Below are positions 17,356 through 27,424 of a stretch of 43,319 bases of DNA, piece by piece. The DNA is from Eubacteriales bacterium. Lineage in GTDB: Bacteria > Bacillota > Clostridia > Oscillospirales > SIG627. Position 1 is the first letter of the stretch; every line of letters begins with the position of its first letter. Under the pieces are notes generated by a model, which saw only the letters and a list, made by a program, of their open reading frames with translations, was not told the origin of the DNA and ran no database searches. The DNA lies in the NCBI GenBank assembly GCA_045657125.1, contig JAZOSM010000002.1, positions 1 to 43,319 on the forward strand, read 5' to 3'. Both the position numbers and the translations under genes were made by a program.

Positions 17356-17388
17356 AAAAGATCTTCTCCGATGGGGAAGATCTTTTTT
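17356..17388 (+). terminator. Intrinsic terminator
   Basis: AAAAGATCTTCTCC-GAT-GGGGAAGATCTTTTTT. Confidence 0.8.
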
Positions 17389-17444
17389 CTTGCAAGCGGA
17401 GGAAAATGGTGTTATAATAGCGAAAATACAAGGAGATGAAAACT

Positions 17445-18848
17445 ATGGAATATAATCGTATGAAACTACCGCTTTTCGATGATTTTTGGATTGATTTTCG
17501 TGTTGGTACGGTTCGCAGATGGTTTGCTCCGGAGCCCTTTTCTCTTTGCAAAGCAGGGCCTTACAGTTCCATAATTTACGACAAAGACCGAGGCGTGTAC
17601 CGCGTATATTACGAAACCTTAATCGAGGCGGGCAAGGACGGTCCCCGTCATCTGAAGGGGCAGGAAAGTCGCGATTTGATCCATTTCGAGCCTTTGCTTA
17701 CGCCCGATGGAAACGAAGTATTGTACGACGGTGAAAGCGGCGTTCACGGCTGCAGCGTGCTCTACGACGAGTACGACCCCGATCCGAATCGCCGTTATAA
17801 GCTTTGCGGAATGACCCGAATGGGACGCAAAGGGATTCCCAAAGAGGTGGAACTTGCTTTTTCTTCCGACGGTATTACCTGGGAGAACGATCACGGCAAT
17901 TTGATTCACCCCTTTACCAGTGATACCCGTAACTCCGTTTTTTATAATCCCTACGACGGCGAATACACCTTACTGCATCGCAGTGCACACGTAGACCGCA
18001 GAATTTCCGTGAAATTCTCCAAGGATTTGAAAAATTGGACGGAGCCCCGTATTATCCTGCATCCGGGTGCTTCCTACAACGACGGCTTTACCGCAATGCA
18101 TCATTATGCCATGAGCGCACGCTTTATGGACGGTATTTTTTACGGTCTCGTATGGAGATACAATACCTGTCTTTACGGCGAGGATTATACCAGAATGTTT
18201 GGCTATATGGAGCCGGAATTGGTTTATAGCTACGACGGGAAAGAATTTCTTTCCACCACGGGCAAGCCTTTGATGGAAAGACCCTTGCCGCCCGAACCCG
18301 GGTGTGCAGGACTTGCTCCCCAGGATATCTGCCAAAGCAGTGACGGAAAAGACTATTATATCCTTTGTTCCGGCGCGCTTTTTGTTCACGGTACGCAGGA
18401 CAGTAATAAAGCCCGCGCCGATGCTTTAAAAGGAAAATTCGTAAAAAGCGGAAGCCCGATTTATAAGATTCGTCGTGATGGCTTTTGCGGTATTGAAAGC
18501 GTCGGACTCGGTGGCAAGGTAATTACAAAACCCATTCAGCTGATCAAGGACGATCTTTCCTTTAATATCCGCGCAAATTACGGTTTTGTTCGTTTCGGCT
18601 TGATGGATCGTACAGGGGAATTTTTGGAAGGATTTTCTTTTGACGATTCAATTCCTTTTTCCTATGCAGATGATACGGACGTGACCCCTTGCTGGAAAGA
18701 GCACAGTCTTTCCGAGGTTCTCGGAAAGCAGGTTCGCATTGCAGTTGAGTTGAATACCGCGATTTTGCATTGTATCAGCGGAACAGCCCGTCCCCATATC
18801 CGTCAGGCACAAAAAAGCTTTGCACAGCCTTGGGGTATTGAATATTAA
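17445..18848 (+). CDS. Putative five-bladed beta-propeller glycoside hydrolase-like protein
   Basis: Propeller-like repeats SRDLIHF, SSDGITW, SKDLKNW, SYDGKEF; C-terminal IRRDGF plus beta-sandwich. RBS AAGGAG (alternative start 17436). Confidence 0.6.
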   Translation: MEYNRMKLPLFDDFWIDFRVGTVRRWFAPEPFSLCKAGPYSSIIYDKDRGVYRVYYETLIEAGKDGPRHLKGQESRDLIHFEPLLTPDGNEVLYDGESGVHGCSVLYDEYDPDPNRRYKLCGMTRMGRKGIPKEVELAFSSDGITWENDHGNLIHPFTSDTRNSVFYNPYDGEYTLLHRSAHVDRRISVKFSKDLKNWTEPRIILHPGASYNDGFTAMHHYAMSARFMDGIFYGLVWRYNTCLYGEDYTRMFGYMEPELVYSYDGKEFLSTTGKPLMERPLPPEPGCAGLAPQDICQSSDGKDYYILCSGALFVHGTQDSNKARADALKGKFVKSGSPIYKIRRDGFCGIESVGLGGKVITKPIQLIKDDLSFNIRANYGFVRFGLMDRTGEFLEGFSFDDSIPFSYADDTDVTPCWKEHSLSEVLGKQVRIAVELNTAILHCISGTARPHIRQAQKSFAQPWGIEY

Positions 18849-18859
18849 GAGGTAAACCG

Positions 18860-19675
18860 ATGAAATTATACAATAAAGAAGAAATTTTTGCACAGCTTTG
18901 CGCTATGAAAGCGCCACGGGATAAAATGGTTCTGATGCATTCGTCTTTGCGTACCGTAGGCAAGGTAGCGGGTGGTGCACAGGGACTTCTGGACATTCTC
19001 GTGGAATATTTTACCGCCGAGGGCGGACTCTTTTGCGTACCCGTGCATACCTGGCACAATCTGGAGAAGGAAATCACGCTGGATATGAACTCCTCCGACA
19101 ACTGCCTTGGATATTTTTCCACGGTTGCGGCAGAAGACCCGCGAGGCTACCGTACGGAAAGTCCCACCCATTCCATGGTGATCTTCGGGGATCGGGTAAA
19201 GGCGGAAGAAATTGCCAAAGGGGAGCTTGTTGCACTGACCCCCACTGCGCCCGAAACCTGTTACGGGAAACTTTATGACGAAGACGGCTTTGTTCTCCTG
19301 GTGGGTGTTGCACACAACCGAAATACGTATTTGCATACCGTGGATGAAATGCTGAAAATTCCAAACCGCATGGAAGAAAAGGAGATTCAGACTGCGATTC
19401 GCAAGAAAAACGGAGAAATCGTCAAGCGTCCCTTGCGCCTTTTTTATACCGATTACAGCCACGATATTTCCGAACGCTTTGTGAAGTTTGATATTCCTTT
19501 CCGATATCACCGATGCGGCACGGACGGGTCGATCGGAGATGCTCCCACGCAGCTTCTTTCCGCACGGAAAATGAAGAACGTGGTGGAAATGATTTATAAA
19601 AACTGTCCCGTAGACCCGCTGGAAACGGAGAAACCCATTTGTCCGCAATATTTTGTTACACGGGGTGATGAATAA
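18860..19675 (+). CDS. AAC(3)/YokD family N-acetyltransferase
   Basis: VLMHSSLRTVGKVAGG, GGLFCVP, PTHS, LLVGV..NRNTYLHTVDE. Confidence 0.85.
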   Translation: MKLYNKEEIFAQLCAMKAPRDKMVLMHSSLRTVGKVAGGAQGLLDILVEYFTAEGGLFCVPVHTWHNLEKEITLDMNSSDNCLGYFSTVAAEDPRGYRTESPTHSMVIFGDRVKAEEIAKGELVALTPTAPETCYGKLYDEDGFVLLVGVAHNRNTYLHTVDEMLKIPNRMEEKEIQTAIRKKNGEIVKRPLRLFYTDYSHDISERFVKFDIPFRYHRCGTDGSIGDAPTQLLSARKMKNVVEMIYKNCPVDPLETEKPICPQYFVTRGDE

Positions 19676-20679
19676 TGAAACACTTGTTGCCTGAAAGAAA
19701 AAAATATTATAAAGCCGCGCTTCATACCCATTCTACCATTAGCGATGGCACAGTCGATCCTCAAAGGGTAAAGGAAACCTATAAGAAAAAAGGCTATCAG
19801 ATTCTTTCCCTGACCGATCACGAAATGTGCTTTGCCCATCCCGAATTGAACGACGAGAATTTTCTCACCTTGAACGGTTATGAAATGATGGTTTATGACA
19901 AAGCGCCCAGAATCAATTCCCGCACGTATCATATCAATTTCATTTCCAAATCCCCCGAAAACCGTTGGCAGCACTATCATCCCCATTTGCGGCCATATAT
20001 GGAGGGACACGAAGACGAGCTTGTTTTTGATGAACCGTATGAGCGCACCTACAGCGTTGACGAGATCAACCGATTGATCGCTCAAGCCAATGAAAAAGGC
20101 TTTTTTGCCGTATACAATCATCCCGTCTGGTCTTTGCAGGACGGCAGAGATTATTTGGACTTGAAAGGGCTCTGGGGCGTTGAAGTGTTCAATTACGGCG
20201 CCTATCGAAACGGCTGTGAGGAGGACGCAAGTCAGTGCTATCAGGAAATGCTCCGAGAGGGGAATTTCCTTTGTCCCGTTGCCGCGGACGATTCCCACCA
20301 TATCCTTGAAATCGGCGGCGGTTGGGTTATGATCGGTGCGGAAGAACTCACCTACGAAAGTGTCGTGAAGGCTATGGAACAGGGCGACGTGTATGCTTCC
20401 GCAGGACCGAAAATCCATTCCTTGACTGCAGACGGAGACGTTCTCCGCGTTACCTGCTCCAAAGCGGCGCATATTGCCTATATCACCAACGGACGAGAGC
20501 ATAAACGTGTGAAGGGAACGAAAAACAGCCCCTTGACCGAAGCGAAGTTTTCTCTGAAAAAATGGCGTGAAGGGATTACCGAGGAATGGCGGGACAAATC
20601 CTTTTTCCGTTTGTGTATCACCGATGAGCGCGGCAGAAAAGCATGGACCCGCGCTTATTACTTGAAGGATCTCGTATAA
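19675..20679 (+). CDS. PHP-domain metallohydrolase (CehA/McbA-like)
   Basis: YKAALHTHSTISDG, LTDH, GYE, NHPVWS, GVEVFN, AADDSH; TAATG overlap. Confidence 0.85.
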   Translation: MKHLLPERKKYYKAALHTHSTISDGTVDPQRVKETYKKKGYQILSLTDHEMCFAHPELNDENFLTLNGYEMMVYDKAPRINSRTYHINFISKSPENRWQHYHPHLRPYMEGHEDELVFDEPYERTYSVDEINRLIAQANEKGFFAVYNHPVWSLQDGRDYLDLKGLWGVEVFNYGAYRNGCEEDASQCYQEMLREGNFLCPVAADDSHHILEIGGGWVMIGAEELTYESVVKAMEQGDVYASAGPKIHSLTADGDVLRVTCSKAAHIAYITNGREHKRVKGTKNSPLTEAKFSLKKWREGITEEWRDKSFFRLCITDERGRKAWTRAYYLKDLV

Positions 20680-20690
20680 ATAGCAAAAAG

Positions 20691-20725
20691 AAAAGCTGTG
20701 TAGAAAATTCTGCACAGCTTTTTTT
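20691..20725. terminator. Bidirectional terminator
   Basis: AAAAGCTGTGTAGAA-AA-TTCTGCACAGCTTTT. Confidence 0.75.
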
Positions 20726-20737
20726 GATTTTCAAAAT

Positions 20738-21592
20738 TTAGCCAAGGGTTCTGTTTTTCAACTGATAATAGTGTTCTTCCGAAATGCCGTCGAAGGTGGG
20801 CCAAGCTCGGTCTCCGCCGCAGCAACTCATAGGGCCGTCGTGGTCGGTACCGCCGCAGTGATACAGATTGTACTTTTCTGCCGCTTCCATTGCCAAAGGA
20901 AGTACTTCGGGAGCAATGTTGGGGTGACCGGTTTCAATACCGTTCATACCCATATCCACAAGTTTATCAAAGTAAGGAACGAATTTTGCGCTGGGATGAG
21001 CAAGGGCAATAATACCGCCTGCCTTGCGGACTGCACGAATGATTTCCTCAGCGCTGGGTGCGGGAAAGCTAAATTCTTTTACTTCGGGTGCCTTGAAGAC
21101 CTTGGGACGGATTGCGGCGGTTCCTTCGGGAAGCGTAAGACGCATTTCGCGGATCGTGTTTAGTACGGAGTCGATACAGAGCCAGGAGCCTTTGGGAGTG
21201 TGATCCAATACGTCCTGCCAGGTAAGTCCGTCCAGAACGCCGATTTTAATTCCGAATTCTACGGTCTTTCTGGTTTTTTCTGCCTGAAGCTCGCATCTTC
21301 TGTCGATCAGTTCGCGCAAGACAGGCTCGTCGGGATCAAAATCCAGTGCAGTCAGATGAGCAGAGCCAATGACACCCTCGATTTTACCGTAAAATTCAAC
21401 GCCGGTGATGCAGTCGATTCCTTCGCGTTTGCAGATATTGGCGAATACACGGTTTCCTCCGTCGGTTTCGTGGTCGGTGAGGGCGAGTGCCTTATAGCCT
21501 AAAGACTTGCCGATCAAAACCAACTGACGGGGGGTGAAGCCCGCATCGGAATAAGTAGAGTGCAGGTGCAGATTTGCATATTTTACTTCCAT
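20738..21592 (-). CDS. PHP-domain protein (TrpH/YciV-like)
   Basis: NLHLHSTYSD, ALTDHET, TGVE, LAHP, GGTDHDG. Confidence 0.85.
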   Translation of the reverse strand: MEVKYANLHLHSTYSDAGFTPRQLVLIGKSLGYKALALTDHETDGGNRVFANICKREGIDCITGVEFYGKIEGVIGSAHLTALDFDPDEPVLRELIDRRCELQAEKTRKTVEFGIKIGVLDGLTWQDVLDHTPKGSWLCIDSVLNTIREMRLTLPEGTAAIRPKVFKAPEVKEFSFPAPSAEEIIRAVRKAGGIIALAHPSAKFVPYFDKLVDMGMNGIETGHPNIAPEVLPLAMEAAEKYNLYHCGGTDHDGPMSCCGGDRAWPTFDGISEEHYYQLKNRTLG

Positions 21593-21635
21593 AATTCAAA
21601 CCTCGTTTTCAGCCATATGGCAAAATATAATTGTT

Positions 21636-22442
21636 TTATTGGTGTACGTGAATATCCATCTGAGGATAGGGGATTTGAATTTCCAATTTTTCAAAGGCTT
21701 CTTTCGCCTGTTCCAAAAGGTCAAAATGAACGGTCCAGTAATCGCCACTCTTACACCATACGCGGAGAACGAAGACCAATGCGGAGGTATCCTGGCGGGT
21801 CATACGGGCAACGGGCTCGGGGTCTTTCAAAACCAAATCGTGCTGGGAAGCAAGGAGCAGAAGCACCTTTTTCACGCGCTCGGTATCGGTTCCGTATGCC
21901 ACGGAAAATTCCAGATCCACACGGCGGGTGTTTTCGGCAGAATAATTGGTAATAACCGAGTTCATTAAAGTGCCGTTGGGGATAATGATATCTTTGTTAT
22001 CAGGGGTAGAAAGTCTCGAGGAAAGTAAATTGATTTCTTTTACGGTACCCGATACACCGGTGGATTCGATGTAGTCACCAACGTGAAATGGGTGGAAAAT
22101 CAAAAGCATGATTCCTCCGGCAAAATTGGAAAGACTGCCTTGAAGTGCCAAACCGATGGCAAGACCGCAAGAGCCTACGACGGCAACGATGTTGGTCATG
22201 GGAATGCCAAGATTTGCGGCAACGGTCAAAACCAAAATCACTTTCAAAACGATGGATACGGTGGTGAGGATAAAGCCTTGTGCGCCGCCGTCAATTTTCA
22301 TAAAATGCTTGTTTTTGCGAATGATCTTGGTCAGCAGACCGATAAAATACCAACATACCACAAGAAGCAGTAAGGAACAAAGAATTTTCACACCGCTTTT
22401 TGCAACGAATTCTCCGATGCTGTTTAACATAGATTGAAACAT
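21636..22442 (-). CDS. mscS: Small-conductance mechanosensitive channel
   Basis: GLAIGLALQGSLSNFAGG, PFHVGDYI, IPNG, IPYPQ. Confidence 0.92.
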   Translation of the reverse strand: MFQSMLNSIGEFVAKSGVKILCSLLLLVVCWYFIGLLTKIIRKNKHFMKIDGGAQGFILTTVSIVLKVILVLTVAANLGIPMTNIVAVVGSCGLAIGLALQGSLSNFAGGIMLLIFHPFHVGDYIESTGVSGTVKEINLLSSRLSTPDNKDIIIPNGTLMNSVITNYSAENTRRVDLEFSVAYGTDTERVKKVLLLLASQHDLVLKDPEPVARMTRQDTSALVFVLRVWCKSGDYWTVHFDLLEQAKEAFEKLEIQIPYPQMDIHVHQ

Positions 22443-22457
22443 AAATTTTCTCCTTTT

Positions 22458-24473
22458 TTAGTTTAGTCGAATTGTACCCGTAAAGGGGATTCGTTCTTCT
22501 TCCGCGGCGTTTTCCAAAAACATTCTTGCCGCTTCTCCCGCATCACGAATCATTTCCATTGAAAATGATTCGGAAATGGGATCTGCCCCGAAGCCGGATT
22601 GCCTCGTTCCGAAAAATTCTCCGGGACCGCGGGTTTTTAAATCAAATTGTGCAAGTTCAAAACCGTCGTGACAATCGCACAGCTTTTTCAACCGTTGACG
22701 GGCGTTCTTTCCGGAATGGGATGAAATTAAAATACAGTAGGATTTTTCACTTCCTCTGCCCACTCTGCCGCGCAACTGATGAAGCTGACTTAAACCGAAG
22801 CGCTCCGCACAGCGAATACACATAACGGTTGCGTTGGGGACGTCTACTCCAACTTCGATGACGGTGGTAGAAACCAAAAGCTTTGTTTCGCCTGAGACGA
22901 AGCTTTCCATCACGCGATTTTTGTCCGCAGGCTTCATTTTTCCGTGGAGCAAGGCACAGGGGACGTCGGGAAGTTCTTTTTGGACCTCTCGCAGGGCATC
23001 TGCCGCGCTGGTCAAATTTGAAAGATCTTCTTCGTCCTCAATGAGAGGGCATACGATGTAAGCCTGTCTTCCGTTTTGGATCTGTTCTTTTAAAAATCCG
23101 TACATGCGGGAAAGCTTATCCTCACCGACGTACAGCGTATCGATTTTCTGTCTGCCGGGAGGCAGCTGGTCAATGACGGAAATGCGGCTTTTGGCGTGAA
23201 GGAACATGGCAAGACTGCGGGGAATGGGGGTTGCGCTCATAACCAAAGAGTGGATCGCCCCGCCTTTCTCGCCCAAACGGTTTCGATGCCGTACACCGAA
23301 GCGGTGCTGTTCGTCGGTAATTGCCAAAAGTACCCCTCCGCAACGGTTCTTTTCTTCAATCAGCGCGTGAGTGCCGATGAGAACGTAGGGGACTTCGCCC
23401 GTGGTATGCAGGAAAATTTCCTCGCGTTCTTTTTTCGTCGTGGAACCGGTCAAAAGAAAAACGGGGATGTTATGAGGGGCAAACAGTTTGGAAAGACTTG
23501 CTGCGTGCTGCTTTGCCAGTATTTCCGTAGGCGCCATAAATAAAGTGCTTTTTCCGTTCTTTGCCACTAAATACGCCGCCGCGGCGGCAACCATGGTTTT
23601 GCCGCTTCCCACGTCACCTTGCAAAAGACGGTCCATAGGGGGGATTTCTGTCGTTCCGCAAAGATCGTCACGAATTTCGTTGATCGCTCTTGTTTGTGCT
23701 TCCGTAAGCTGAAAGGGAAGTCCCGCGAGAAATTCGGATAAATCGGAAAATGAAAGAGCCTGAACTCGCTTTTTGCCGCTTTCCAAGGAAAAAAGCGTAG
23801 ACTGAACGCTGAAACGAAACAGTTCCTCGAAGGCGAAGCGGTGCTTTGCTTCGGCAAGAGAGGCTTCGTCTGCAGGTCGGTGCATCAAATAGACTGCTCT
23901 TGCCCGTGGGATCAGGTTAAATTTTTCCGCAACGTAAAAGGGGAGCGTTTCGGGAATTTCGGAAAGCAGGGGCAGAAGAATCTGATCGATCAGTCCCGCA
24001 AACAGCTTGGAGGAGAGTCCTCCCGCGACGGGATAAACGGGAAACAGCGCATCTTCCCGCGGCTTTGTTGTTTCACGAATGGGGGAGAACAGATAAAACA
24101 CGCCGTTCTTTTCTTGAAGAATGCCTCCGAAAAAAAGACTTTGTCCCGAACAAATTTGATTTTTCAGGTACGGTTGATGAAAATGTAAAACCTGAACGAT
24201 GGTACCGTCTTGGTCAGAGGCTACGTATCGCAGGGTTTTTCCGCGTCCTTTTAAGTTCAGAACAACCGGAGTGGAGTCTACCGTTAAGTGAAAATAAGAA
24301 AAAATTCCCACCCGATCCGAAGATACGGGATAGACTTTTCCGCTGCGATAGGACGAAGGAAAGCGAAACAGTAGATCGCCCGCGGTGGAAATACCGCTTT
24401 TTTGCAAGGCTTCCGCCCGTTTTGCTCCAATGCCTTTTAAATCCCCGACGGGGGAAGTCAGGGTGAGTGCCAT
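22458..24473 (-). CDS. recG: ATP-dependent DNA helicase RecG
   Basis: LLQGDVGSGKT, APTEILAKQH, DEQHRFGV, MSATPIPR, HQLRGRVGRG, RGPGEFFGTRQSG. Confidence 0.96.
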   Translation of the reverse strand: MALTLTSPVGDLKGIGAKRAEALQKSGISTAGDLLFRFPSSYRSGKVYPVSSDRVGIFSYFHLTVDSTPVVLNLKGRGKTLRYVASDQDGTIVQVLHFHQPYLKNQICSGQSLFFGGILQEKNGVFYLFSPIRETTKPREDALFPVYPVAGGLSSKLFAGLIDQILLPLLSEIPETLPFYVAEKFNLIPRARAVYLMHRPADEASLAEAKHRFAFEELFRFSVQSTLFSLESGKKRVQALSFSDLSEFLAGLPFQLTEAQTRAINEIRDDLCGTTEIPPMDRLLQGDVGSGKTMVAAAAAYLVAKNGKSTLFMAPTEILAKQHAASLSKLFAPHNIPVFLLTGSTTKKEREEIFLHTTGEVPYVLIGTHALIEEKNRCGGVLLAITDEQHRFGVRHRNRLGEKGGAIHSLVMSATPIPRSLAMFLHAKSRISVIDQLPPGRQKIDTLYVGEDKLSRMYGFLKEQIQNGRQAYIVCPLIEDEEDLSNLTSAADALREVQKELPDVPCALLHGKMKPADKNRVMESFVSGETKLLVSTTVIEVGVDVPNATVMCIRCAERFGLSQLHQLRGRVGRGSEKSYCILISSHSGKNARQRLKKLCDCHDGFELAQFDLKTRGPGEFFGTRQSGFGADPISESFSMEMIRDAGEAARMFLENAAEEERIPFTGTIRLN

Positions 24474-26644
24474 TACAGAATGACGAGATTTGCCGTATCA
24501 CGGCAAGCCTCGCAAAGCTCCTCCGAAGAAGTAATGACGAAAAACTGAGAACAGGTCTTGCACAGGTTCTCATAAAAATCTTTTGCCTGATTTGTGGTTA
24601 GGGTTGCAAAAGAATCGTCAAAGATCATGGGGAATTTGTTGGTGTTCAAAAGCTCTGCCAAGGTTAAACGGAAGGACAAAACTCCCATTTCCGTAATAAC
24701 GCCGCCGCCTGCGGCAATAACGGGTAAAATGGATTTCTGATCGCAGAAGCAAAGCTCAAAATCCTCATCAAAGCGGAAGGATTCACCCTCGCGCAAAAGG
24801 CTAGAGGTGTGGCGGTTGATTTTTAACGCCATGGCTTTTTTCAGTTCGTCTTCGAATTTATCCTTGCGGGCTTTCGCCAAGGTATAGTTCAAGTCGATCG
24901 CTTCGTAATTTGTCTGTTCGTGAGCGATTTTCTCCTTCAGGGAATCCAGCTCGCTTTGAATATCCTCGGGCTTTTTCTCGCTCTTTTCTTTTGCCTTTTG
25001 CAATCTTGCGGTGACGGCGGCTTTCTTCTTGTACAGAGAATCGTTCTGTGCGGAAAGGAACGCAAACTTTTTCTGCAGGGCGGCAAATTCGGGGCTGATG
25101 GTGTAATTGTCGCTTTCCACGTTTTCCGTCAGTATTTTCAGATAAAGTGCTTTTTCGTTGTCCACTTCTTCCTGCAGATCGTAAAGGGTATCGTTGGCAT
25201 CAATGATCTCATCACAAATGGCAAGAAGATCTCCGTCTGTTTCCTTGAAGCCCAAAGCTTTGACCTTTGCGGCGATTCGGTTGGAGATGGTTTTCTTTTG
25301 AGATGCTCTTTCGGAGCAAACGTTTTTGGCGCTTTCCACTTCGGAAAGATATACCTGCGAGGTTTTGCTGTGAGCATCAACCTTTTCGTAAAGCTCGTAG
25401 AATTCGTTCAAATTTGCCACGTCGTAATCGGCAAGAATGTTTTTGACACGAGCAGAGAAGAAAGAGGATATAAACAGAAGGGAAAAACCGCACAGAGCCA
25501 CGGCTGCTGCAGAGGCAATGCAGGTGAGTTCATTAAAATTCAAATAGTTCAAAAGCAATGCAAGACCTGCGGCTCCCGCCATAAACAGAATGCCGAAAAT
25601 GCTCAGCGTAAGACGGCGTTTTTTCTCCTTGACGATCTGATCCAGTTTTTCACCCAATTCTACCAAGGATTTGTGTCCCGTGAAAAGGGCTTCGTGATAG
25701 CTTAGGTTTTCTTTCGCAGAGGAAAGAGCCAGGCGTGCTTCGTTCAGGTTGGCAATGGAAACACTCAGCTGGTTGTAGTCTCGCTTTAATTCGTCAAGCT
25801 CGGACTTGGAAAGCTTTCCGATCTTGGAGGAAACCTCGTACGCCATAATGCGAAGCTTCTTTTCTTTTGCGGCGATTTTGTGGAACAGAGCCTCTGCATT
25901 TTCTTTGTTCTGAGACAAGCGAAGATCGTTTTCATATCCTGCCATGTCTGCTTTGATCAGTACACAGTTTCGATCGTTTTCGTCAATTTTCTCGTTGATT
26001 TCCTCGAGAATGTTCATGCAGACGCGCACCTCCGCTTTCCAGTCGGGATGCTCGTTCAGTTCGGTTTCCAGTTTGCTGTGCTCGGACCACAATAGATCCA
26101 AACTGCCCGTTTTCTCCTCGTTGCGGTACAGTCTTCTTTTTTTGTCCAAAACGAATACGTCTTCGTAGATCCGTTCGGTTTCGGGAGAGAAGGAGGCAAT
26201 TTTGTTCAGCATGGAAAATTTCGGTTTTACGGCAGGTGCTTCGTATTTAGACTGTCTGAAATAATTGATAAAATCGAAAGAATCCTGATCCAACTCGGTT
26301 AAGTATTCGCCGGGGGTCAACTCGGTTTCAACGGGATTTTCGGGACTTGTGGTGTAAAAGGAAACCGACTCTACGCCCTCAATGACACTGCGCTCAACGA
26401 CAAAAGGACCCTGGTCGGAATTGAGAAACAGTTTTCCCTGGGCATCCTCGGTATTACCTCTGGCAAGGGAAACGGAATCTGCACCGTACAGGGCAAATTG
26501 AATAAATTCGCAAAGGCTGGTTTTTCCGCTGCGATAAGTTCCGAAAAACAAATTTCCGTTCTCATCGGGAGAAATGGTAAGCTTGCGAATTTTTTTAAAT
26601 TGTTCTATTTCGATTTTTTCTATGGTCAAACGTTTTAGTTCCAT
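24473..26644 (-). CDS. SMC/Rad50-like coiled-coil ATPase with two central TM helices (YhaN-like)
   Basis: N-terminal Walker A GTYRSGKTS, long coiled coil, hydrophobic hairpin mid-protein, C-terminal PMIFDDSF Walker B. Confidence 0.75.
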   Translation of the reverse strand: MELKRLTIEKIEIEQFKKIRKLTISPDENGNLFFGTYRSGKTSLCEFIQFALYGADSVSLARGNTEDAQGKLFLNSDQGPFVVERSVIEGVESVSFYTTSPENPVETELTPGEYLTELDQDSFDFINYFRQSKYEAPAVKPKFSMLNKIASFSPETERIYEDVFVLDKKRRLYRNEEKTGSLDLLWSEHSKLETELNEHPDWKAEVRVCMNILEEINEKIDENDRNCVLIKADMAGYENDLRLSQNKENAEALFHKIAAKEKKLRIMAYEVSSKIGKLSKSELDELKRDYNQLSVSIANLNEARLALSSAKENLSYHEALFTGHKSLVELGEKLDQIVKEKKRRLTLSIFGILFMAGAAGLALLLNYLNFNELTCIASAAAVALCGFSLLFISSFFSARVKNILADYDVANLNEFYELYEKVDAHSKTSQVYLSEVESAKNVCSERASQKKTISNRIAAKVKALGFKETDGDLLAICDEIIDANDTLYDLQEEVDNEKALYLKILTENVESDNYTISPEFAALQKKFAFLSAQNDSLYKKKAAVTARLQKAKEKSEKKPEDIQSELDSLKEKIAHEQTNYEAIDLNYTLAKARKDKFEDELKKAMALKINRHTSSLLREGESFRFDEDFELCFCDQKSILPVIAAGGGVITEMGVLSFRLTLAELLNTNKFPMIFDDSFATLTTNQAKDFYENLCKTCSQFFVITSSEELCEACRDTANLVIL

Positions 26645-26737
26645 GGAAACACCTTTAAAATTATAATCTATACTTATATTAGATTATAATAGAAAATGTC
26701 CTGTTCGTCAATCGTTTTCCGCAAAGAAATGAGGCGG

Positions 26738-27424
26738 TTATCCCGCCTCATTTTCGATCATTTCCGAAATGGTGACAAATTTATATCCGTTTTCCTTCAA
26801 ATAGGGAAGAATTCGTTCCAAAACCTTCGGTGTGGGAAGCCGTTTGTCATTCAAATCGTGAAACAGAATGATGTCTCCCCCCACTGCGCTTGCTTCGATT
26901 TTCGAAGCAATTGTGTCGGATTTTGGCATACACCAGTCTTTGGTATCCAGAGACCAGAGAATACTCCGATAACCCATTTCCTCCAAAATCTCCAAAGATT
27001 TGTTGTCGTAAAAACCGCCCGGCGGTCGAAAGACCTTCGGCCGTTGTCCCGTGATGCTTGTCAGTACGTTCTCTGTTTTTTGGATTTCCCGGCGCAAAGC
27101 TTCTTCGCTGATTTTTGAAATATAGGCGTGGGTGTAGGTGTGGTTTCCGATTTCGTGTCCCGCGTCGTAAATCATACGAATTCTGTCAGGATCTGCCGCG
27201 GCGTTTTGTCCAATGACAAAAAACGTGGCGCGAATGTCGTATTTTTTGAGGATGGCAAGGATTTCTTCCGTGTTTTGAATGCTGGGGCCGTCGTCAAAAG
27301 TTAAAGCGATTTGCCGTTCTTCGCTCGCTCCTTTTCGATAGGGAGTCCCAAAAACCGAGGCGGGGGTTTCCCATAAAACAAAAAGTGCGGCGGCAAGTGC
27401 AAAAAATCTTTTTATGCCTCCCAT
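26738..27424 (-). CDS. Polysaccharide deacetylase (CE4, PdaB-like)
   Basis: ALTFDDGP, GNHTYTH, FRPPGG, ILFHD; start ATG 27424 after GGAGGA. Confidence 0.9.
   Translation of the reverse strand: MGGIKRFFALAAALFVLWETPASVFGTPYRKGASEERQIALTFDDGPSIQNTEEILAILKKYDIRATFFVIGQNAAADPDRIRMIYDAGHEIGNHTYTHAYISKISEEALRREIQKTENVLTSITGQRPKVFRPPGGFYDNKSLEILEEMGYRSILWSLDTKDWCMPKSDTIASKIEASAVGGDIILFHDLNDKRLPTPKVLERILPYLKENGYKFVTISEMIENEAG

Noticed and set aside
18860-19675. Acquired aminoglycoside resistance gene
   Set aside because: Family-level similarity only, embedded in a metabolic operon with no mobile-element context.
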